A stretch of 64,000 bases of DNA, from the NCBI GenBank assembly GCA_965197905.1, contig CBDAOB010000005.1, positions 1,184,001 through 1,248,000 of the forward strand. Reading direction: 5' to 3'. The stretch comes from Candidatus Latescibacterota bacterium. GTDB lineage: Bacteria; Latescibacterota; UBA2968; UBA8231. Position numbers and translations under genes: made by a program. Positions 9,020-18,595 of this stretch are shown here, piece after piece; position 1 is the stretch's first letter; every line of letters starts with the position of its first letter. Under the pieces are notes generated by a model. The model searched no databases, was not told the origin of the DNA, and saw nothing but the letters and a program-made list of their open reading frames with translations.

Positions 9020-10150
9020 TCAGGTAAGCGAAAGGGTGGGATGAACCCCAGGCCACAGGCGCCGTTTAGCGCTCCAATGTGGGATTCCGGCCTTTCCGTG
9101 TATGGTGATCTTTCGCCCTCGCTGCACCGTGTAGACCAGACGCCCGGCCCCGTTTCTGCGGCCCCCGTAGCTGTTCGAGGTCAGACAATTGCAGTTTCGG
9201 GCGAAGATGTTCTCCTCGAGCGCTTCGCCACAAATGACGCGGTCGTAGATATCCTCTGCAACCGACTTCTGGCGCGCATTCTCGATCTCGACACCCAAAT
9301 CCTTGGCGAAGTTCCGCAATTTGCTTTCAGGCTTTCGCAGGGTGCAGTTTATGTACTCGGTCTCACAGAGAACCCAATGAGGTCTGCCGATCGGTTCCGA
9401 ATAGAAATCCTTATTCTCAAACCAGTTCGGTTTTTTGCGCCGTTTGTAGAAGTAGGTGGGGAAAAGCTCGCGAATATTGGCGATATTGCAGGGAATCGGG
9501 TTGTCATCTGCATCCCCGATAAAGGGATTGCGAAAAATCAACACCGAGGTCGCGAACAACTTCTGCAGGGCCGGAATGTCATTGGTTTCCGCGGCCTCGA
9601 TGGTGCCTGGTAGAAGGAGCAGCCGCTCAACCAGCGAATCCAACTCCTCCCGGAACTTAGCCACGTCGTCCTCGTCGAAATTGTACCCTAGGATGCTTTC
9701 GTGTTGTTCCAAAGAAATGAATCGATCCATAAACAGCCACCTTGCACGCTCGCCCGGGGAGATCGCTTGCAGCTCCGGTTCAGGCCCCGCGGGTGTGGAT
9801 TGCCGCCTCGCTCGCTTCTTCCGTTTGACCCGTGCCGCAGGAGCGTCTTCGAGCTCTTCCGCCAGTCCGGCTTCAACGGACAGCTCGGCATCAGTGCCGA
9901 GTGCGGCTTCCGCGGCCAACGACCCAATGCCCGAATTGGAGAGATCTCCATCGTCTGCATGTCCATTCGAGTTTCCATGCTTCAGATCAAACAGCTGATC
10001 CACATACGGCTTGGAATGCTGAGCTAGGGCGAAGGCGAGATCTCGATCTTCCAATCGCGGCATTTGGCCGTTTTCGAGATCTAGAATGGCCTGTGAGAGA
10101 GAGGTGGGATCCATCGAAACCCTATCGGTCAATAGTGAGGCTACCGACAT
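9020..10150 (-). CDS. Hypothetical protein; C-terminal domain paralogous to 6297-8996
   Basis: 376-aa ORF; shares collinear motif blocks with the downstream gene (see findings). Confidence 0.8.
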   Translation of the reverse strand: MSVASLLTDRVSMDPTSLSQAILDLENGQMPRLEDRDLAFALAQHSKPYVDQLFDLKHGNSNGHADDGDLSNSGIGSLAAEAALGTDAELSVEAGLAEELEDAPAARVKRKKRARRQSTPAGPEPELQAISPGERARWLFMDRFISLEQHESILGYNFDEDDVAKFREELDSLVERLLLLPGTIEAAETNDIPALQKLFATSVLIFRNPFIGDADDNPIPCNIANIRELFPTYFYKRRKKPNWFENKDFYSEPIGRPHWVLCETEYINCTLRKPESKLRNFAKDLGVEIENARQKSVAEDIYDRVICGEALEENIFARNCNCLTSNSYGGRRNGAGRLVYTVQRGRKITIHGKAGIPHWSAKRRLWPGVHPTLSLT

Positions 10151-10319
10151 AATAAAGATTGGCTATAGCGTGAAAAACGTTTGTCCGACTACGTCATATT
10201 TATCGGTTTTTGAGGTTGCCAAATGCAGTATGGGAATCAATTTTAAATTATCCATTGAAAATTGTTAAGTCAAGGTATGAATTGAGGTTGGCACTCGTTT
10301 GATTGCTTGAGGGAGCACA

Positions 10320-10463
10320 TTGTTTGGCGAACACTTGAATCGGCCCCGGCGGCCCAAATACGAACCGATCCTACTGCTTCTAATCGCGGTCGCCGTGGCG
10401 GCGTTTACTACCTTCGGTTACATGCTGATCAGAATGTTTTGGGCTGCAGCTCCCGCTCCGTAG
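10320..10463 (+). CDS. Putative 47-aa single-pass membrane protein (not in the ORF track)
   Basis: TTG start after GAGGGAG: (M)FGEHLNRPRRPKYEPILLLLIAVAVAAFTTFGYMLIRMFWAAAPAP*; basic residues precede a hydrophobic helix. Confidence 0.5.
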   Translation: MFGEHLNRPRRPKYEPILLLLIAVAVAAFTTFGYMLIRMFWAAAPAP

Positions 10464-10579
10464 TGGATCTTAGGTTGCGGAGCTGATTCTCTTGACAGGG
10501 TTTCGGCGCGCCCTCTTTCTTTGCTGAGGCGCCGGAAAGCGGGTCAATTCGCTGCGCACAACTTGAGATTCCAAGGAGG

Positions 10580-11269
10580 TTGATCCCCATGTTTCGGTCG
10601 TTAAGGCGTATCGTCCTCGCCGTTGGCATGGTCGTCTGTTTTACCTTCGCCGTCGTTCTTGCCGCCAAGGCAAGAGATCGAGACGGCAGCGTCGTCGTGA
10701 AATCCAGCGTCGAGAATTTTCGCGATGCCCCGAATGGGAAGCGTCTCGGCACCCTCCTCGAGAACGTAGAGATCGAGCGAATCAGTCAGGAAGGTAAGTG
10801 GGTGCGTTTCCGGGTCGAAGGGTGGATCTGGGGGCCGTCGCTCGAGGGTTGGAAGATGGAAACCGAAACGGCAGAGACCGACGATCCACCTCCGAGGATG
10901 CCGTTACAAGATAATCTCCCACGACTGAAACGTTTCGTGAACGACAAGCATGGCCTCTTTTACGGCGTCAGTATGGATGAAGATCTGGATCGGCTGGTGG
11001 TCAGGTTTCGGGTTCGCGATCTCGAGCGGGAGGCTCTCGAACGCCGGCAGATGGCCGTGCAGGCAGGCGTGCTCGACATTCTGGACGGTAAGATCGAATT
11101 CACCACCATCCGCATAGAGACCAACCGGCCGGACGGGTCGGGTGAGGTCGGGGCGGAGATCGCCGAGACCTCCGTTTCCCATGTTCGCCAGCTTGCCGAC
11201 GGAACGGCTGAGAGTTGGAAGGTACATACGCGAATCTCCTCCGATGGAGGCGAGACCTGGAATGAATGA
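10580..11269 (+). CDS. Secreted hypothetical protein with SH3-like N-terminal domain
   Basis: AAGGAGG RBS; signal peptide; NFRDAPNGKRLGTL...GKWVRFRVEGWIW resembles the SH3b pattern. Confidence 0.7.
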   Translation: MIPMFRSLRRIVLAVGMVVCFTFAVVLAAKARDRDGSVVVKSSVENFRDAPNGKRLGTLLENVEIERISQEGKWVRFRVEGWIWGPSLEGWKMETETAETDDPPPRMPLQDNLPRLKRFVNDKHGLFYGVSMDEDLDRLVVRFRVRDLEREALERRQMAVQAGVLDILDGKIEFTTIRIETNRPDGSGEVGAEIAETSVSHVRQLADGTAESWKVHTRISSDGGETWNE

Positions 11270-11286
11270 ATCGGCAATGATCGGCG

Positions 11287-12525
11287 GTGGAGGACCTGGT
11301 CGGTGCGGTCAATAAGGAACGGATTCGACTGCTGGACCTTTTAGCGTTGAAATCGCAACTCGACCAAATGATGCAGGTCGAGTCGTGGCGCGCCGGCGAC
11401 TTCCGTCACAAGATGCGAATCGCTCTCAAGGAGCAAGATCGCTGGTCCTCCGGCTGGAAGCTGCTTGCGGACAAGATCACCCTCAGTCGTACCTCTTGGC
11501 TGCTTCCAGGTCTCCGCGAATCGATGGCGGCGGCGCATCCCCTCCCCGCGCTGCCGCCCAGTTTTACCATCGCCGCCACCGACGGATCGCAGATATTCCC
11601 CGATCGGCACGAAATATCCTCCTGTTTCCTCATAAATATCGGGTACGTCCTGCTGCACTACGGGCGTGGCGAGAGGCCCCTACTGAACAGCAAACCGATG
11701 TTGTTCTACAGAGAGGAGGATCTGTATCAGAATTGGGGTGGTCGCAAGGTCCTGGCCAACAGGGAGACGGTGGCTTTCAAACGGGGAATGTTGGAGCTTA
11801 CCGAGCTTGCCGATCTCGCCCTGGCTGCCGTCGACGAAGGGTATTTTCCGGTGGCGGCTGCAGACGGCACCCTGATTCTCTGGAATCTGGAGGGAAAACC
11901 AAAGGATGTTCGCGCCGCGGCGCTGAAATCCCTTGCCAATTCCTGGGATCGACTTCGCCACAATCGGGTTCCGATCGCCGGATATATCAGTGAATCTGGT
12001 AGTCAAGAGTTAATAAACGCCCTTCGCGTCGGACTTTGTCCTCTGGACGCGCCTGACTGCGATCGTTGTCCGTGGCAGGAGGGTGGTGATCTGCGAATAG
12101 AGGGGGAGGGGATCCCCTGCGCCACCATAGATGGGTTACGCGACGCCGCCCTGCTGCGTCGACTGCTCGAACCTGGCCAGAGGACGGGAGTTTTTGTGAG
12201 CTCCTCAAAGATTCTGGCCGAGTATGGCGAGCACCGGGTCTGCTTCTTCTATCTTCACGTGGGAACCGAAGTGGCGCGGGTGGAGATACCTTTATGGGTG
12301 GCAGAAGATGCCCAGATGCTGGATCAGGTACACGCTATTCTCTTCGATCAGGCACAGAAGGGTCAGGGGTATCCCGTGGTGTTGGCGGAAGCTCACGAAC
12401 GGGCTGTGGTTCGAGGGGGTGATCGCGAGGCCTTCTATGGTTTCCTGCGCCAGCATTTGGTCAAACACGACATTGGCGCAGCGATCTCCAGCAAGAACCT
12501 GCGCAAGCGTGTGGCGAGAGTCTGA
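11287..12525 (+). CDS. nurA: NurA family nuclease
   Basis: ATDGSQI.PDRHE, DGTLILW, ARVEIP.W, GYPVVLAEAHERAV. Confidence 0.9.
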   Translation: MEDLVGAVNKERIRLLDLLALKSQLDQMMQVESWRAGDFRHKMRIALKEQDRWSSGWKLLADKITLSRTSWLLPGLRESMAAAHPLPALPPSFTIAATDGSQIFPDRHEISSCFLINIGYVLLHYGRGERPLLNSKPMLFYREEDLYQNWGGRKVLANRETVAFKRGMLELTELADLALAAVDEGYFPVAAADGTLILWNLEGKPKDVRAAALKSLANSWDRLRHNRVPIAGYISESGSQELINALRVGLCPLDAPDCDRCPWQEGGDLRIEGEGIPCATIDGLRDAALLRRLLEPGQRTGVFVSSSKILAEYGEHRVCFFYLHVGTEVARVEIPLWVAEDAQMLDQVHAILFDQAQKGQGYPVVLAEAHERAVVRGGDREAFYGFLRQHLVKHDIGAAISSKNLRKRVARV

Positions 12526-12551
12526 TTCAACCGCAACAAGGATGGAAAGGG

Positions 12552-13211
12552 ATGATCAAACCTAATTCGCCACGGCCGCTGGACCGGTTCAAACACAGCG
12601 CCGATTTGTCTGTGGGGCCAACCCCATCCCGCCACGGAGAGCTGGGTGAGGTCATAGAGAGTTCGACAACCGAGCTCGTGGCGGAAGCGCGAACCCTCCA
12701 CGGAGCGCCCCCGTTCGGCTCGTTCGTGACCATCGCTTCCGAGTATAACGTTGTCGGCATTGTTTCCGGTGCGACAACGAAATCCGCCGAACCTAATCGG
12801 CGGCCTGTTGCGTTCGGCAAAACAGAGCAGGAGCTGCGGCTTGAGCAGCCGCAGATCTTCGAGCTGCTTCGCACCGAGTTCAGCGTGCTTCTAGTCGGTC
12901 ATCTGGTGGACGGGGAACCGGTCCGCTACCTGCCGCCCCAGCCGGCGCGCATTCACAGCTTCGTACATGGCTGCAACGATAGGATTGTTCAGGACTTCAC
13001 CCGAACCGACGACTACCTGCGCTGTATCCTCGGTTCTGGCCATCTGCCGGCAGACCAGCTCATCCCGGCAGCCTTGCGAACCGCACACAAAGCTAACGGC
13101 TCTTCTCCCGAATACCTGGTACGGGCAGGAAAGGAGCTGGCACGCCTACTGCACGACGATTACGATCGTCTCGGGGCCATTCTCCGGCGCGTCGGGGAAG
13201 AGTTGCCTTGA
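12552..13211 (+). CDS. HAS-barrel domain protein
   Basis: GEVIESST, PPFGSFV, LPPQPARIH, DDYDRL; lies between nurA and herA. Confidence 0.8.
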   Translation: MIKPNSPRPLDRFKHSADLSVGPTPSRHGELGEVIESSTTELVAEARTLHGAPPFGSFVTIASEYNVVGIVSGATTKSAEPNRRPVAFGKTEQELRLEQPQIFELLRTEFSVLLVGHLVDGEPVRYLPPQPARIHSFVHGCNDRIVQDFTRTDDYLRCILGSGHLPADQLIPAALRTAHKANGSSPEYLVRAGKELARLLHDDYDRLGAILRRVGEELP

Positions 13212-14881
13212 ACAACGGAGCCAAAAAAACGTCCGACCGTCGCCTCGGGGTATTGACCCGGGGTTCGCTGGTGGAGGGGGTCGAAATGAAACTCGATCCG
13301 GTGCGCAACGTGGAAGACCTCAAGGCGGGTAAATTCGTGGTCATCGACGGCGACAAGCATGAGTTCTTCAGCATGGTTACGGATATGCGTATCGAGGCCG
13401 CCAGCGAGGAGGTGTTGCTGCATCCCCCTTCGCGCGAGGATCGCCTCATGCGTCAGGTCCTCAGCGGTACCAGCACCTACAACATAGTGTCTCTGCGGCC
13501 GATGCTGATGATGCCGAAATCTGGAACCGGATTCCTTGAGGAGCCTAGGCCCGTCAAAGCGATTCCGAGCCACTTCTCCAACGTGCTGGAGGCTCACGAG
13601 GAGGACGTGGCCCGCATCTTCGGCCGCGAAGGGGATGGTGAGCAGCGCCATTTCAGTCTGGGAAGCCCTCTAGATATGGATACCCCCGTATGTATCGACA
13701 TGGTTCGGTTCGCGGAGCGGAGCAACGGGATCTTCGGCAAGACCGGGACTGGCAAGTCGTTTTTGACGCGGCTGGCATTGTGCGGGTTGATCCACTACGA
13801 GCGCGCCGTCAATCTGATCTTCGATATGCACAATGAGTACGGATTCAAAGCGATGAAGGAGACCGCGGGGTCCAATGCCACCTTCGTGAAGGGGTTGAAG
13901 CAGCTATTCGGTCAACGCGTCGCTATCTTTTCGCTCGACCCCGAATCGACTCGAGCCCGAGGGGTGCAGCCCGATTTCGAGGTCTACATCTCTTACGACC
14001 AGATCGCTGTTGAAGACATCGCTCCGCTGCAGGATGAACTAAAGTTAAATCCAACCGCCGTGGAATCGGCGTATCTGGTACATGCACTTTACAAGGACAG
14101 GTGGCTGCGCACACTCTTGAGTCTCGAGGGTCCCGAGGTCGAGGAGTTCGCCAACGAAATCGGTGCTCATCCCGGTTCGCTCGTCGCCCTACATCGCAAG
14201 CTGAAGCGGCTCGAGAGCTTTCCGTTCATGGTATCGAAACTGCGGGATGGCGACGTGGTGGATCGCATCATGGAGTATCTCGATCGGGGCATCAACGTCG
14301 TGCTCGAATTCGGTCAGCAGACCAACATGCTCTGTTACCTCCTCGTCGCGAACATCATTTCGCGTCGAATCCACGAGATGTACGTCAAGAAGAGCGAGCG
14401 CTTCTACGCCACTCAGCGCCCGGAGGATCAACCCAGGCAGTTGATGATAACCATCGAGGAAGCCCACAAGTTCCTCAACAGCTCGGCCGCCAAGCAGACC
14501 ATCTTTGGGGTGATCGCTCGGGAGATGCGCAAGTACTACGTATCCCTGTTGATTGTCGACCAGCGTCCGTCGGGCATCGACGATGAGGTGTTGTCCCAGA
14601 TTGGCACTCGAGTTACCGCATTGTTGAACGATGAGAAGGATATACAAGCGGTGCTTACAGGAGTAAGTGGTACCGATGGATTGCGAAGCGTTCTAGCCAG
14701 TCTCGACTCCAAGCAGCAAGCCCTGGTGATCGGGCACGCGGTCCCAATGCCGGTGGTCATCAAGACGCGGGAGTACGGCCCCGAATTCTATCGCGCGATG
14801 GGTGTGGATGACACCAAATCGGCCGTGGCGAAACGCCGCAAGGTCGCCGACGACACAGTGGCTCTCTATGGCGACACTTAG
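13208..14881 (+). CDS. herA: HerA family ATPase
   Basis: Walker A GKTGTGKS, FDMHNEYG, Walker B ITIEEAHKF, REMRKY, DQRPSGID. Confidence 0.92.
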   Translation: MNNGAKKTSDRRLGVLTRGSLVEGVEMKLDPVRNVEDLKAGKFVVIDGDKHEFFSMVTDMRIEAASEEVLLHPPSREDRLMRQVLSGTSTYNIVSLRPMLMMPKSGTGFLEEPRPVKAIPSHFSNVLEAHEEDVARIFGREGDGEQRHFSLGSPLDMDTPVCIDMVRFAERSNGIFGKTGTGKSFLTRLALCGLIHYERAVNLIFDMHNEYGFKAMKETAGSNATFVKGLKQLFGQRVAIFSLDPESTRARGVQPDFEVYISYDQIAVEDIAPLQDELKLNPTAVESAYLVHALYKDRWLRTLLSLEGPEVEEFANEIGAHPGSLVALHRKLKRLESFPFMVSKLRDGDVVDRIMEYLDRGINVVLEFGQQTNMLCYLLVANIISRRIHEMYVKKSERFYATQRPEDQPRQLMITIEEAHKFLNSSAAKQTIFGVIAREMRKYYVSLLIVDQRPSGIDDEVLSQIGTRVTALLNDEKDIQAVLTGVSGTDGLRSVLASLDSKQQALVIGHAVPMPVVIKTREYGPEFYRAMGVDDTKSAVAKRRKVADDTVALYGDT

Positions 14882-15044
14882 CAGCCCGCGGCAAAAAGCC
14901 ATTCGGGCTGCGGCCGGCTCTTGCGGCCGACCTCTGCGTTGTGCTCGATCGCCGCATCTCTCTGATGCGTCTCACTCGCACGCCGTGATCTCGGCCGCAG
15001 ATCCTCGGCCTCGCTGTTCAAAGCGCCTTTCACCGCGGGCTGCT
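14880..15044. mobile_element. MITE-like nested palindromic element (165 bp)
   Basis: Perfect 12-bp terminal inverted repeats AGCAGCCCGCGG / CCGCGGGCTGCT; inner inverted repeats TGCGGCCGA/TCGGCCGCA and CGCATC/GATGCG. Confidence 0.55.
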
Positions 15045-15046
15045 TC

Positions 15047-17515
15047 TTGAACGCCGCCGGTGAACGCCTTGCCGCGCGCTACTGGAGTTCGGCCCTTACT
15101 CTAATTCTCGTCGTCGCCCTGTTTCTTCGATGGCCGTTCCCCGAGCCCTCCTGGACCCACGTTGATGAATGGGTGCTGGTGGTTTTTCCCCTTGGGTTTT
15201 GGAGCGGCGATCTAAATCCTCATTTCTTCAACTACCCGACTTTTCATCTCTATCTCCTCTCCGCCATCTATTATCTCTACTATCTTCTTGCCGGAGAGTC
15301 GACGGCGACCCATTTCTTGACCTATCGCTATTTCGTTGACGACGCCGATCTCGTTGCCATTGCCCGCGGTGTCGGTTCCCTAATGTCGGCAGGCACCGTC
15401 GGGGCGTGCGCCTTCCTCGCTCGCCGCCTCTATGGTTCGATGGGTGGGCTGGTCGCTGCGTCATTCGCGGCGGTAATGCTACTGCCCGTTCGTTTCTCTC
15501 ACTTGGCGATTACCGACAATCCGGCGGTGCTCTGGATCACCCTTGCCTTGCTCTGGGCGGTACGGATGGTACAGGAGCGCGGCCGTTGGGATGCTGCGGT
15601 TGCGGGGGTATTTGTGGGACTTGCCACTGCCACCAAGTTTCCGTCGGCGCTTATCGCGGTCGCCGTTGTCGTGGCGGCGTTCATGATTAAACCCACCCTG
15701 CGCCAGCACCACCTCTGGGTGGCCGGAGCATCGGGTCTGGCGACCACCCTCCTCGTAACACCGTACGTCTTCTTGGACTGGAGTACGGCCTGGTCGTTCG
15801 TCGCCACCATGGGAAAGTTCCACATCTTTGCCAACGAGGCATCTCCAGACGAAGCGTCCCTGCTCTACCACGTGCGCCATAATCTGCGTTATGGCCTGGG
15901 TGTCGTGGGTTTGGTGTTTGCAGCTTGCGGCATGCTATGGCGATTCCGTCTCATGCGCCGGGAGGAGGTCGTCATCCTATCCGGAACGGTTCCTTTCCTC
16001 ATTCTACTTGCCTCGGCCGAGTCCGTATTCATGCGTTATCTACTACCTCTGGTGCCGATGCTCGCCCTGTTTGCCGTCAGGTTCCTGTCGCTTGTCCGGG
16101 TACCCGGGTCCATTCTCTCACTCTCGCTCCTCGCGCTGATCGCCGAACCCGCACATGCTTCCCTGCACACCAGATCGTTGTTGTCCAGCGCCGACACCCG
16201 CGAGCGAGCGGTCAGGTGGATAAAGGAGAACGCGCCCCAGTTCAGCTATTTGGTCAATATCCCCGCTTCGTTCGGAAACCTTCAGATTCCGGAACCGGGA
16301 CACGTTTACGTCCGTCAGAAACATTTCATCAAGAGTTTCGAGGTGGAAGAGTTGATGGATGCCTTTGCCTGGCTGAGCCAGCAGCCGAATCTGGGTCCCA
16401 TGTTTCTCGCCCTCAACACCCAAGCGGTGGCCGAAGACCTGGCCGTTGATTGGAAGACGGCAAAAGGAACGGCCCTGGTTCTGCAGTACGAGCACCCGAT
16501 CCTTCCGCGCCCAACCGATTCGGACCTTCGCGCGCGAGCTCTCGGCTCAAGCCGTTGGCTGGCCGAATTCTCTCCAGGTCGCACCGAAAATGCGCCATTC
16601 GATGTCGTTGATTGGCACTTTGTGCCGTTGGGAGACTTCCGCAACTCCAACAGCACGGGACCTGGAATCCGGATCGGAGAGATTCCGTTTGGACGAAACG
16701 TTGGAACGATCTACCAGAATCACTTCTTCGCCGCCATCCACGGAATTCTGAAAGCCAATGTCGCGATGCAACAGCAACAATGGGAGCGAGCCATAGAGAT
16801 CTATGACTCGGTGGACAAGCTGTCAGTGCCCCTGACCGAAGCACTCACGATGGATTACCTCTACGATTATTATTTCAATCTTGGATTGGCCCACCATCAC
16901 CTGGGCGAGTTCGATAAGGCCGTTGCCTATTGGGAGGAGAACGTGCGATTGCAGCCGCAGACTGCCAAGCCGTACAATAACCTGGCGGCGGCGCACTTTC
17001 GCCTGGGAGACGTGGTGCGGGCGGCGGAGGTCTGGGAACAGGCGATTTCACTTGAGCCGGACTATCCCGAGGCGCATTTCAATCTTGGAAATGCTCTGTT
17101 CAACCAGCAGCAGTACGGTCGCGCGGCAGAAGCGTGGACGCGGGCGATACAACTGAAGCCGGATTATGGACAAGCCCATTACGGCCTCGGGAATATCAGC
17201 TACGAGCTGGGAGAGTGGGATCGGGCCCTGTCAGCATACGAGACCGCCCTTCAGTTCTCTCCGAACGAGGCCAATATCCACTACAATGTGGCGCAGGTCC
17301 ATCTGCGTCGCAGCCGATTGGAGGCGGCCGTCGAGTCGTTCGAGCGAGTTGTGGAACTACTGCCCGACGACGCCGAGGCGCTGTTGGAGCTGGGGAAACT
17401 GCATGCGCATTTGGGGAAATCCGAGGATGCCAGGAAGAGCTTTGAGCGGGTGTTGACCGTGGCCCCGAACCATCCCCAAGCGGAAGAGATCAGGGGCGCG
17501 CTGGGGGCGTTATGA
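15047..17515 (+). CDS. GT-C (ArnT/PMT-like) membrane glycosyltransferase with C-terminal TPRs
   Basis: HVDE, LNPHFFNYPT, GLATATKFP, many TM helices; about 7 TPRs (YFNLG, AHFNLGN, AHYGLGN). Confidence 0.88.
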   Translation: MNAAGERLAARYWSSALTLILVVALFLRWPFPEPSWTHVDEWVLVVFPLGFWSGDLNPHFFNYPTFHLYLLSAIYYLYYLLAGESTATHFLTYRYFVDDADLVAIARGVGSLMSAGTVGACAFLARRLYGSMGGLVAASFAAVMLLPVRFSHLAITDNPAVLWITLALLWAVRMVQERGRWDAAVAGVFVGLATATKFPSALIAVAVVVAAFMIKPTLRQHHLWVAGASGLATTLLVTPYVFLDWSTAWSFVATMGKFHIFANEASPDEASLLYHVRHNLRYGLGVVGLVFAACGMLWRFRLMRREEVVILSGTVPFLILLASAESVFMRYLLPLVPMLALFAVRFLSLVRVPGSILSLSLLALIAEPAHASLHTRSLLSSADTRERAVRWIKENAPQFSYLVNIPASFGNLQIPEPGHVYVRQKHFIKSFEVEELMDAFAWLSQQPNLGPMFLALNTQAVAEDLAVDWKTAKGTALVLQYEHPILPRPTDSDLRARALGSSRWLAEFSPGRTENAPFDVVDWHFVPLGDFRNSNSTGPGIRIGEIPFGRNVGTIYQNHFFAAIHGILKANVAMQQQQWERAIEIYDSVDKLSVPLTEALTMDYLYDYYFNLGLAHHHLGEFDKAVAYWEENVRLQPQTAKPYNNLAAAHFRLGDVVRAAEVWEQAISLEPDYPEAHFNLGNALFNQQQYGRAAEAWTRAIQLKPDYGQAHYGLGNISYELGEWDRALSAYETALQFSPNEANIHYNVAQVHLRRSRLEAAVESFERVVELLPDDAEALLELGKLHAHLGKSEDARKSFERVLTVAPNHPQAEEIRGALGAL

Positions 17516-18529
17516 GCGCATTGGGCTACAACCGCACCGTTTATGACCGGAGCCCGATTTGAGAATGGCTAGGGCGACGCGCAGCGCCGTAATACCGTCG
17601 TTTCCCGTGACCAGCGGTTTCTCGTTGCGCTCGAAACAGCGGACCACATGTTTAAGCTGGTCCACAAACATATCGTTTCTGACAAAGGTGTAGACACGGG
17701 TCTTGCCATGGGCCGTTTGAAGTGTGAACGCCCCTTTGCGATCCGGATCGAAATTCCTTGGCGGCTCGGGTGCCGTCATTCCGAACTGCAGAGAACCCTT
17801 GGGTCCAACAATGTCGTTCAACCCCGCCGATCGCGTTCCGAACGGCAATCCCCAGGTCCAAACGAGCGTATGTTGATCGCCGGAGCGAAAATTGATAACC
17901 GCAGAGGCGGTATCCGCACCGACACTCGTGGGGTCAAATTGCAGCGCAGAAGCCTGAACGGATTCCCCGGGTCCGAACATCTGAAGGGCGAAATCGTAAT
18001 TGTGCACCGCACCGTCCATCAACGGCCCGCCCCCCTTGGTCCCATCTCGGAACCATGGGTGTTCCGGTCGGCCGTTGGTGACAAATCTCCACATCACCGG
18101 TCGCCCAACCGCCCCGGAGCGGACGACCTTCATCAATTTTCCCCACTCCGTGTCAAAGCGGCGGACAAAACCGACCGTCAGCCGCACCCCCGACCGGGCG
18201 CAGACATCCACCATACGCGTGGCGTCGCGGAGATTCAGGGCGATCGGTTTTTCGCAAAACACGTGCTTCCCTGCCCGCGCGGCAGCAACGACCGGAGGGG
18301 CGTGTTGAAAGGTTGGGGTGCAGACCCAGACGGCGTCGAGACCGTCGAGTTTGAGCAGATCGCGGAAGTCGGTGAAATGCAGTGGGACACCGAAATCAGC
18401 CGCAAAACTGGCGGCGGAAGCGGGTAGGATGTCAGCGACCGCCTGGATCTTTGCGTTTCTTAGTTGGACCATGCGTACTGCATGGTGGCGGGCGATGCCC
18501 CCCGCGCCGATAAACCCCACGTTCAACAC
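17510..18529 (-). CDS. Gfo/Idh/MocA family oxidoreductase
   Basis: GFIGAGGIA, GKHVFCEKP, GFVRRF, GGGPLMDGAVH; AGGAGG RBS before GTG 18529. Confidence 0.92.
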   Translation of the reverse strand: MLNVGFIGAGGIARHHAVRMVQLRNAKIQAVADILPASAASFAADFGVPLHFTDFRDLLKLDGLDAVWVCTPTFQHAPPVVAAARAGKHVFCEKPIALNLRDATRMVDVCARSGVRLTVGFVRRFDTEWGKLMKVVRSGAVGRPVMWRFVTNGRPEHPWFRDGTKGGGPLMDGAVHNYDFALQMFGPGESVQASALQFDPTSVGADTASAVINFRSGDQHTLVWTWGLPFGTRSAGLNDIVGPKGSLQFGMTAPEPPRNFDPDRKGAFTLQTAHGKTRVYTFVRNDMFVDQLKHVVRCFERNEKPLVTGNDGITALRVALAILKSGSGHKRCGCSPMRS

Positions 18530-18595
18530 AGGACCACCTCCTATCAATGGCGCTGAATATAGATCCCCCACCCCCCCGGCTCAATCAGTTGAGCG

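Noticed and set aside
6297..10150. Diversity-generating retroelement targets
   Set aside because: No reverse transcriptase and no template/variable repeat pair differing at adenines in the window
10288..10308. Sigma54 promoter TTGGCACTCGTTTGATTGC
   Set aside because: The GG to GC spacing is wrong for a -24/-12 promoter
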